From: Minutocellus sp. GHC0000111
Lineage: Eukaryota
Length of the DNA: 64,000 nucleotides
Reading direction: 5' to 3'
Assembly: GCA_977018835.1 (NCBI GenBank)
Contig: OZ361258.1
Span: 4,650,001-4,714,000 of the forward strand
Of this stretch, positions 54,511-64,000 are shown piece by piece. The notes beneath the pieces are model-generated. The model saw only the letters and a list, made by a program, of their open reading frames with translations. It was not told the DNA's origin and made no database searches. The position numbers were made by a program, and so were the translations under genes. Every line of letters starts with the position of its first letter. The stretch's first letter is position 1.

Positions 54511-55949
54511 CTAGGTCGACTCTTCAGCTTCACCTTCTATGGGATCAGTATATTCACCTTTCTCCAAATGACCGTAATCATTGAGCGTAACCTCGTAGTT
54601 GAATGCCGTTGGCAGTGCAAACTGCACCTTGTTCTTCTCCATAGCCTTGGCGATGGCCAGATTGCATGCCTCCTTGTTTTGATGATAGCCATCTCCAACG
54701 ACTGGCACGCGGAAGCGAAAGTCCACTCCAATCTCAATGTGATCCTCCTGAAAGTTCTTGAAATGAACGCGACAAGGTCTTGAGCCGTCAGTTATGAGCT
54801 TGGGGCAATCCTCCTGCACTTGTTCCTTAATATCGGCCAAAAGTTTTGGAATTTTCTCCGCGTCCGTGTATTTCACTCGCAGAGTCTGTGTGACCTGAGA
54901 TAGACGCGCTCTTGACAAATTCGTGATCCGTTGGTTGGCGATTTGACTGTTTGGAATGCGTACGATAGTTTCGTCGCTCTTACGGAGGTCGATGCTCATC
55001 CAACCAAGACGAATGACCTTGCCAGATGTTCCATCGCCGAGCAATATCATATCGCCCTCGAGGAACTTATCGGTTGTAGACAAAGCCAGGCCACCAACAA
55101 ACTGCTCTGCAATCCCCTTGGCAGCAAGAGATAATGCTAGAGTGCCAACGGAACCCAAGGCGAAAAATCGACTAAAGGCAGCGCTCTTCGATAGATGAAG
55201 TCGATCGGCAATCGTCAGGATCGTTGCGATGCTAATGACAACATCCCCAAATCGATTGAAGAGGAAGAATCTCCCCTGCTTATTGCCACCCTCAGACTTA
55301 CGAATGGCCCTCTTCAAATACATCTGCTTCCACTTGGCAATCTTCTTGGCAGCCCAGACAGTATAGGCCACCGACGCCGTGATCTCGCCAAAATTATACA
55401 TCTTGGCAATCTTTAACCCCAACTCAGTCATAATGATGTCAAGACAGTCCACAGCATAAACGATGCTGGCAATCCTGGCTGCCTCTGACATTAGTTTCCA
55501 ATTGAAATACAGGTACGTCGTCTCCCAATCCTTTTTGCGCCAGCTCTCGAATAACTTCTCGTATACAAATTTGAACACTGGCCGAGAGCACCAGCCGACG
55601 AGAGCGATGAATATCAAATCGACGATGCTGGTCTGCGTTCGCAGGGCGGTACCGATCTTTGAGAAAGTCTTGCCATTGAGGGCGAATTTCGACAGGATGG
55701 GAGCAATCTTTCCCGCCAGGGCCACATTGGACCTGGCTACCGGTGTGGCGAAGAGGGTGATATCCCCCTTCCGTGCTGGGCTGGCAAGCTGTTGCAATGA
55801 TGCGGGTCTACGTGTATCAATTCCGATGCCGGTGCAGGTGCCGGTACTGATTGGACGGTGTGTGATCAGTGACGACGATGATTTGGGCGGTGCTTGATGA
55901 CGGGGCACGAGCACAGCAGTGCGAGCGGCACGAGCACCCTCTTCGTCAT
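54511..55949 (-). CDS. MscS-family mechanosensitive ion channel
   Basis: TM helices then GSVGTLALSLAAK, DKFLEGDMI..GDGTSG.V..LGW, IPNSQ....ITNLSR. The N-terminal ATG 55949 is out of frame with the main ORF (start uncertain). Confidence 0.85.
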
Positions 55950-56181
55950 TTTGCCGAGGGTATTGTTGCGATAATGGCGGTTAGATTGTTGGCTGGGGGG
56001 CTTGGGGCCAGCATGCGGCATGCGGCGTATCTTGAGGTTCACACGTGACATCCACGCACTGACGTGCTGACGTGCTGCTGTGTTCTTGTCGCCAAAAATT
56101 TGATGCGGATCTTTTCTTCGCCTCGCCTCTCCCTCTCCCGCTCGACACCATCACCGGCCACAAGGCACATAAACCGCAACA

Positions 56182-57318
56182 ATGGTGCTTCGCGACGGCA
56201 GGATCGTTTTTCCCATCGTTTCCGGCATCGCCGATGCCGACTGGAGGCAAATATCGGCTTCCCTCCACAATGCCGTCGAACCTGGCGAAGTCTTGATGCT
56301 GCTCTTCTTTGGGTTAGTGACGGTCCCTCTCACATCCTTCATCTACCGCATCATCTTTGGAGCCAAGGAGAGCGAGAACTTTCATCAAACGTTTGCCTAT
56401 CATTTCTCGAGAATATTTAGCCAGGCCATGCATGTGGCCCTAGTTGTGATTGCTGCCGATTGTTTGGATGTTGTAATGACATCGATGGAGTTTGACATTG
56501 CAAAGAAAGTTGACTTTGCCTACGTGACGGCTCGGGTGGCATACACGATCTGGGCTGCCGTCCAATTTGCCGCGTTCAAGAATTACTTGGTCAACAAGGC
56601 CGTCCAAACCAAGCTTCCGGATAAGCTTGGCCGTGCGACGTTGCTCAATCGGCTGTTGGATTTTGTTATCTTTATGGTGACGACGCTCTTCATTGTTGCC
56701 TTACTGGATGTTGAGGTCGGTGCGGGCTTTACGTCTGTATTTGCCATCGGTGGTGTGGGTACCCTGATCATATCGCTAGCAAGTAAGGACATTGCAGAGC
56801 AACTGCTGAGTGGATTGGTGTTGCACGTTACGGACAAGTTCTACGAGGGAGATCTCGTTCGATTCGGTGACGGAACTGCTGGAACGGTCTTCAAGATTGG
56901 GTGGATGCATACTGTGATTAGGCTTTCGGATAACACTCGTACCCGCATCCCCAACGCCCAGCTGGCAAATAAGACTGTGACGAATCTTTCTCGCTGCACG
57001 CAGTGTCAGGTCAAGACGGTTCTGTACTTTGACTATTCGGACATGCAAAAGTTGCCGGGTTTGATCAAAGATATCAAGGAGGAGGTCAAGGCAAATTGCG
57101 CAGCACTGATTACGGATGGCTCCAGACCCTTTCGAGTTCATTGGACGGATATTACAGATGATCGACTAGCTGTAACTTGCGATCTGCATTTCGAGTGCAG
57201 GCCATATGGCGATCCATACTTGAACACAAAGCAACAAGCCCTCGAGGCTATTGGCGAGGCCTTGGCCAAAAACAATATGCCGCTGGCGGTGCCAAGGCAG
57301 GGTAGGATTCAGATCTAA
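56182..57318 (+). CDS. MscS-family mechanosensitive ion channel (paralog)
   Basis: GGVGTLIISLASKD, DKFYEGDLV..GDGTAG.V..IGW, IPNAQ....VTNLSR, LITDGSRP.RVH shared with the neighbouring gene. Confidence 0.9.
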   Translation: MVLRDGRIVFPIVSGIADADWRQISASLHNAVEPGEVLMLLFFGLVTVPLTSFIYRIIFGAKESENFHQTFAYHFSRIFSQAMHVALVVIAADCLDVVMTSMEFDIAKKVDFAYVTARVAYTIWAAVQFAAFKNYLVNKAVQTKLPDKLGRATLLNRLLDFVIFMVTTLFIVALLDVEVGAGFTSVFAIGGVGTLIISLASKDIAEQLLSGLVLHVTDKFYEGDLVRFGDGTAGTVFKIGWMHTVIRLSDNTRTRIPNAQLANKTVTNLSRCTQCQVKTVLYFDYSDMQKLPGLIKDIKEEVKANCAALITDGSRPFRVHWTDITDDRLAVTCDLHFECRPYGDPYLNTKQQALEAIGEALAKNNMPLAVPRQGRIQI

Positions 57319-57486
57319 ATTGGTTATAATCTGAGCCATCGCATTCGTTCCATCGGCAGTGTACTAGTAGATTATTTTCCATCGAAATACATGTAAAATG
57401 CCACGTGCATCCTGTAAGCTGGTCATCGCTCCCTTGTTTCCCCAAACCAGCCTGCCGACCCAGCTAGTAGAATTTATTTTCTACCC

Positions 57487-58005
57487 TCATTTTTGCTTCG
57501 TCTGCCTCCTCTCCTCTTTCGCCAACGATTTCGACGCCACAAAGGTCTGAACGGCCCCAACACAAAAGAAGGCGAATGATGCTGCGCCCAGTCGCATGAG
57601 TACTGGCGGGCCGATGCGACTCAACAGATCGCCCACGCTCTTGGGCTGGACGAATTTGCCCCCTCCACCCCCAGCAGCCACGGTTGGTCCCTTGCCGGTA
57701 GCAGTAGCAGTAGCAGTAGCAGTGCTACTGGTTGTGCCACTTTTGCTGCTACTTCCCTGTAAACCACCACCAGAACTTTCCGATTGTCCCATGAAGTATT
57801 CGGCGGCACCGTACGTCCCCACCAAGGCTGCCAGGCCGGCAACGTTGGAGGCCAGGGTGTTGGACGCTGCTTCGTCGTCTGTTGATGATGATGAGGTGCT
57901 GCTGCTGCTTGCTGTGGCGAGAATGAGCTTTTGACCGGCTAACCATGAGACATAGCCACCACCGATCGCCGTGGGGGGGACCACGAGGATTAGCAGAGGC
58001 AGCAT
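57487..58005 (-). CDS. Small multi-pass membrane protein
   Basis: Three hydrophobic Gly/Ala-rich segments separated by Ser/Thr-rich linkers. Confidence 0.65.
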   Translation of the reverse strand: MLPLLILVVPPTAIGGGYVSWLAGQKLILATASSSSTSSSSTDDEAASNTLASNVAGLAALVGTYGAAEYFMGQSESSGGGLQGSSSKSGTTSSTATATATATGKGPTVAAGGGGGKFVQPKSVGDLLSRIGPPVLMRLGAASFAFFCVGAVQTFVASKSLAKEERRQTKQK

Positions 58006-58338
58006 ATTGTGCCGCTAGCTAGTGTGGAAGTATGGGTGTGCCAAAGGCCAAAGGTTCTCCTTCGGCGTGCATGCCGTTGTTAGTTGTGTCGGCGGCGGCC
58101 AGACTGCAAACGAAAAATGCAACGCGCGGCGCGGCATGCCGCATGCCATGGCAATTCAATTCTTCAACTTGACCAAGAGCTCAATTCATTGGTACTAGTA
58201 GCAGGCAAGCTGTCAGGTGTGTGAGTCAATTGGCCAGCTGCCAGTTGTGTGCGCCGGGTATCCTTCTACCGTTTATTTTGCGTTCGGCACTTGAACCGTC
58301 ATCCCCATCCCATCATAAGCTAACATAACAGCAACGAG

Positions 58339-60461
58339 ATGGTGAAACGTCAAAAGGAGAAGCAATACCTCTCGGCCCGGGAATCGCGGTCGTACCAGAC
58401 CCTCCGCTCCGGCTCCCACCCCACCGCCACCACCACGTCGGGTCATACCCGCCCCCTCCCCTTCCACGTTTGCGCCCTCAGCCTGAATCCCTACACCCAT
58501 CCCGTCGCCACCCCCTCGGGAGTCATCTTTGACTCCTCCGTCATCATCCCCCACCTCCTCCAAACCGGCCGAGATCCCGTCACGGGCCAACCGTTGGCGA
58601 CCAAGGATCTGATCACGCTGCACATGGACCAGAGCGACGAGACGGGCAACTGGCAGTGCCCCGTTTTGGAGAAGGCATTCACCGATCGGACCAAGGTGGT
58701 GGCCATCCGGCAGAACCCCCCCGGGAACGAGGCCAACGTGTACAGCTACGAGGCCGTCCAGGAGCTGAACTTCAAGACCAAGAACTACGAGGATCTGACG
58801 AGCGGCAAGAAGGTGCGTTTGGCATGCATAGTGTGCGCATGCATTGTATGCATGGTATGCTGATGTGCGATTGAAGACAGGTGTGCCTGAACTTGTTCTG
58901 TACATACATGTAATATCATCCTTCGAATTATGTCCATCTCACATACAACTTCCATCATATGCATCAATTCATCTCATATTGATTATGATGGCGCATGCAT
59001 TTATTTGCAAACGCAAAACAGTTTCACAAAACCAAGGACGTCATCGTCCTGCAGGATCCCGACGATGACGAACTGTGCCGTCTCCGCGACATCAACAACT
59101 TTGCCCACATTGCATCACCTGGCGGTGGCGGGGGTGCATCATCGTCCGGAGAAGCAGCATCGTCGGGGGATGTTCGGCACTCCGTCACGGCGACGCGCAT
59201 CATGGAGAAGATCAAGAGGAAGCGCGAGGAGGAGGCCGAGGCGGAGGAGAAGAAGAAGCGGCAGATCTTGAAGGCGGGTGGCGATAATACTGCAGAGGTG
59301 GATGGCAAGAAGGGTGGAGATGGTGCGGCGGCAGCAGCGGCAGATGCAGGATACGGCGACATGAAGATCTACACGACCGATCTGCTCGGTACGTCCATGA
59401 CATCCGGCAAGGCGGCGTCTTCCCTCACCAGTACGGCTGTGGAGATTGCCAACGTCAACGAATTCCGCGAGGCGACGGCCGAGGAGATATTGGTCTCACG
59501 ATTCCGCATGATGAAACGTCTCAAGAAGAAGGGATTTGTCCGCCTCACGACGACCAAGGGCATCGTCGATCTGGAGGTTCATGCCGACATTGTGCCCCGG
59601 GCGGCGACCAACTTTTTGGGATTGGTCGAAGCGGGGAAGTATGACGGATCGGTCTTTCATAGGAGCATCAAAAACTTGATGATTCAGGGAGGGAAGCCAG
59701 CCGACAAGACCGAGAAGGAGGAGAGTTTGTGGGGCGGTGCGTTCTCGGATGAGTTCGATGACCGGCTGAGTCACAGCGGACCTGGCATCTTGTCAATGGC
59801 CAACGCTGGAGCCGGGACCAATAAGCGGCAATTCTTCTTAACGTTCAAGAGCTGCACTCATTTGGATCGAAAGCACAGCGTCTTTGGCAGGGTGGTCAAG
59901 GGATTGGACGTGTTGAGAGCCATGGAGGCTGCACCAACCGGTAAGGGTGACCGTCCAATTGAGGACATGAAGATCCTGACTGCTGAGATTATGAGCAAGA
60001 ACCCAGCAACGGTGGCAGCTGAGGCCGAACGCGAACGAATCCAGGAACGGGCCGAGGCTAGAATAAAGGAGAGGGAGGAGCGACGAGCATCGGCATTGGG
60101 TCGGAATGGAGGAGGGGCGACCGCTGGTGTGTCATCTGCCAAATCTACATCGAATGTCGGCGGTGTTGGAGCAAAGGAAGCAGGACGTAGCAGCAAGTCA
60201 GGTAGCAGCAGCGTGGGCAAGTACCTCCCAAAGAATATGATTGCGCAGAGTTTAGATGATATTGGGACTTTGACCAGCCAAGGGATTGATATTGGTGAAA
60301 TGAAACAAGGGAGGAAAAAGTCCGGTTCTAGTATTGCCACCAGCGCAAGCGGCGATTTCGCAGGTTTGCCAGGTATCGAGGCTGCCGTTGCCGCATCGAG
60401 AAAGTCCACCAACAAGGCACCGATCAAAAAGGCCAAGAATTGGGACTTTAGTGGGTGGTGA
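58339..60461 (+). CDS. PPIL2: Cyclophilin with U-box/RING-like N-terminal domain (PPIL2/CYP60), two exons
   Basis: MVKRQKEKQYL, LPF..CALSL.P, DPVTGQPL, CPVL.K.FT; intron 58813-59021; cyclophilin FHRSIKNLMIQGG, SMANAG..TN..QFF, HLDRKHSVFGRVV. Confidence 0.92.
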
Positions 60462-60864
60462 TATATACATTTTCATAATTTGCTCGGGGGTCGAGTGACT
60501 TGTCATCATCAGCCGGTGCCACCAGCTCGCCCTTGTTGGTAGGTTTACCCTTTTCCCGGGCATTTCGCATACAATTGTAGTGTCTATTGCTGCTCTTTAC
60601 TTAATTGAACGACTTCTTACCCTTTGGTGGCATTTACTTTGCCTTCTCTATTACGTATCATTTGTGCTGAAAAAGAATGTTCTCATCTTTTGCAATTTAT
60701 TTCTTGATTTCTTCCTTGTTGACGTGTGGCCATCAACCTTAAACTAGATCTACCGGTACGCACTACTTCGCTTGATCAAAAGATCAGAGATGATGAAATA
60801 GTGGTGAGGGGATAGAGACCTTTTGGCTGGTAGGTGGAGCCACGACGATCGCACCTTCCCAGCT

Positions 60865-63800
60865 ATGGCAGCTGCTACTAGATCTAGTACCACCAGCCCC
60901 GTAGCTACACTGGAAGCCACTATTGCAATAGGAAGGCGAGTGCGCACTCCCGCCGCACAACGAGAGGTGGCATTTGCTCTCGCATCGGCTTCGTCAAACG
61001 TCGAAAGCCACGAACCTCTAACTCAAAAGGGTGGAATCCGGACATTAGTTCACCTGCTCTCCCAGTCCCAGGATGACGAGGTCCAGCGATTTGCCATCCT
61101 GGCCCTGGCCAATACGTCTGCCACGGCACTTTACCGATTGCAGATTGCCAACGAAGCCAATGCCCTCGAGAATCTGGTGTCGTATTTGAGCCATGAGGCC
61201 ACGGATAGGATCGGAAAAGAATACTGTGCAATGGCGATTGGCAATCTCGCCGCCAATTTTGGAAATCATGAGGCCGTTGCCAAGTATGGTGGCATCCCTG
61301 CCTTGGTATCCATTCTGGTGGCGGCAGCAAAGGATCAGAGCATGGACGTCGGAAGGTATGCTGCATTTGCCTTGGCGAATCTGGTGGCAGCCAGCGCCAA
61401 TCATCGAAAAGAAGTTGTAGACTGCGGTGCTATTGAGCCCCTCATCATATTCGCTTGTGCCAACAAGGGTGCCGTTCAGCACCAGGCACTGGCGGCGTTG
61501 AGGGGCATCTGTATTGCCCCAGAATATCGAACCAGGGTGGTTCAAATGGGAATATTGGACCCCTTGATCTTAATGGCGCGGTCGGAGAATTGTGATCTGC
61601 GCCGAGCCGTGGCGTCGACGTTGAATTGCCTATCCACCATGGACGACAACAAGAACGAGGTAGCCGATCGAGCCCTTTCTACCATCATTTCGCTGTTACT
61701 GTCCGACGACGATGCTGTGGAAGCCGACGCTTGCTGTGCCATTGCAAATTTGGTCGAGGTTGTGGATGTTCACCCTCGCTTCTTTCGAGAAAAAGGGCTA
61801 CCACCAGTAGTAACCATGTCCAAATCGAGGACTAGGAATGGTGGCAGAGATGATAATCATCGGGGTACAGTCACTCCTATTACTGCCGCCATTGCGTCCG
61901 TCGAGACCAAGACCACATGCAAAGCCGATGCTTGCAGAGCATTGGCAAATCTCGCTGCGAATGCAGCCATCCAACAAGAACTTGCCAAGGAGGGCGTTAT
62001 TGAGTCAATGATTGATGTTCTCCGTGAAGAACGAGACGTTGATTGCCAAAAGTATGCCGTCCTCTGCATTGCCAACCTGGCTACGACGCTTGCAGGCCAA
62101 ATTGAGATTGTCGACGGCGGAGCAATTGGAGTCTTGGCATCTCTACTCAATCGTCCACCAAGCCCAGCCATTGCTGATATTCACAAGTACAGTGCTCTGG
62201 CAATGGCCAATTTGAGTGCAACTCAGGCCAATCATTCAGTCATTGTTTCGACGGATGGTGCTCTCACCGCCCTCTACTCTCTGTCAACCTCTTCCGATAC
62301 CATGACGTTGTACTATTTGGCGTGTTGCCTAGCCAACTTGTGCAGTGAATCCTCCAATTACCAAAAGATGGTGGAATTTGGTGGCATTCAGCCCATGCTG
62401 GTATTGGCTTCTCATAAGGACTCCGATGTGCACAGTCGGGCGGCCGCAGCCCTTCGGGGTCTTACCAGTTGCGTCCTTGTCGATGATGATACCAGATGCA
62501 TGTGTTTTCGTCGGGGCATTGTCCAGGAAGGCGGATTGGAACCGATATCCCGTCTTCTTCTATCGAAGGATGTTCATGTGTTACGAGATGCAACGGCCTG
62601 CTTGTGCAACTTGTCCCTGAGTGACGAAAATAAGTGTGCGATGGCCATTTGTGGTGCCGTTCCACCACTTTTGGCCCACATGCAGAGCGAGGATGTGCTG
62701 ATTGCTAGTCAGAGCAGCGCCTGTCTTGCCAACATTGCCGAAGAATCTGGCAACCAGAGCATTATTGCCGAAGATGGAGGTATTTTGCCCTGCATTGCCG
62801 TAATGAGGTCCAGGTTCCTTGAGGTTCAGCGAGAATGTGGCCGTCTCTTGTCCAACCTATGCGCCTGTGCCACTCCCGAACACATTCAGATGATAATGGA
62901 TGGCGGCGGACATGAATCTCTGCTTTCGTTTCTCCTCTCGGATGATGGTACCTGCCGGCGAGTTGGTGCCTTTGGGCTAGGCAATCTCTGTTCTCATGAG
63001 GACAAGCATCGAGTTTCCCTCCTTAGGGTGGGGATCTTTGAGCCACTCGCATCGCTGGCTCGATCGGAAGATACAGAGTTGGAGTTGCGTCGGTTCGCTA
63101 CTTTGGCCATTGCCAATCTCGCTGCAACGACGGACAACCACACGGCATTAATTGCCGATGGAATATTGCCAATGCTGGTGTCCTTGTCTACTTCGTTAGA
63201 TACCGATGTGAGGAACTTTGCTGCCTTTGCCACGTCCAGAATCGCCGTGAATCCGGACTGGCGACAGACCGTTGTCAATGAGGGAGGATTGGAGCCCATC
63301 CTTTACCTGGCTCGAACAGATGATCGACAGGTGCAGCGATCGCTCCTTCCGGCAATCTCCAGCATGTCGTTTGTGGATTCCAACAAGATTGATATTTGCA
63401 ACGGTGGTGGCCTTCCGCTTCTCATTGCCGATGTGCTATCGTATTGCGTCGAGGGTGATGTCGGTGATACTAGTAGAGATGGCAGCAGCAACAAAGGCAG
63501 CAATAGGTCAAAGCTCGCTTGTTGTGGCATTGCCAACTTGGCCGAGCGCATTGAGAATCAGCCATTGATTGTCAAGTCCAATGCAATACAGCTTCTTATT
63601 GATGCTCTCTTGGCGCCTCACTTTAGTATCCAGCGTGAAGCAGCACGTGCTTTGGGCAATCTTGCAGCGAATGTGGAATATGCAGCGACAATGGTGGAGG
63701 CAGGCGTCCTGTCGCGCTTGGCAGTTTGTTTGCAACAGCGAGAATTAAGATGCAAACGGATGGCAATCTTTGCATTGTGCAACATTGCCTCGAATGGCAA

Positions 63801-64000
63801 ACTCCATGCCGACATTTTGTCGGAGCCCAGCATCCTCGACGTTGTGGCGAAGGAAAGCAAGGCCATGTTGGATCCAAAATGTCAATCCGAAATGGAACCA
63901 CTCGCTTTGCTCTATTGGTCCTTGCGAACCTCTCCAGTCGCAACGAGAATCATTCTGCCCTTTGTGAGAGATACCTAGGTGAGGACAGGGTACTTTCATT
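60865..64000 (+). CDS. Large armadillo-repeat protein (Vac8-like), runs off the window
   Basis: Many ARM repeats (GG..PL..L, A..ALANLA). Apparent 1-bp deletion near 63890: the shifted frame reads TTRFALLVLANLSSRNENH and is followed by a GTGAGG donor at ~63979. Confidence 0.88.

Overview
Gene-dense eukaryotic nuclear DNA, very probably from a diatom (stramenopile). Evidence: short GT-AG introns, an exact ASAFAP plastid-targeting motif, a secreted double-SET protein and RXL-processed secreted proteins. About 30 protein-coding genes are recognisable, including RRP40, PPIL2, BIN4-like, BRO1, inositol polyphosphate kinase, NR2C2AP, an MscS pair, an ADP-ribosylglycohydrolase, a MerA-like flavoprotein, a tandem-CCCH protein and an armadillo protein. 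The standout is a ~3.9 kb DNA transposon (4695-8567) with perfect 17-bp terminal inverted repeats and TTAA/TTAG flanks. It carries an internally deleted Kolobok/Mutator-like transposase and a convergent accessory gene that joins a putative RPA-like OB fold to a domain resembling the P2X7 receptor cytoplasmic ballast (KolX-like). Other accessory features are a ~186-bp degenerate satellite with 560-bp higher-order structure, a decayed second transposase, and a mosaic locus (truncated PP1 fragment, orphan ORF, collagen-like fragment). There is also a Cys/Lys-rich RXL precursor and a possible intronisation event in BIN4. Several 1-bp frameshifts suggest imperfect assembly consensus. All family assignments come from motif recognition by eye; no searches were run.
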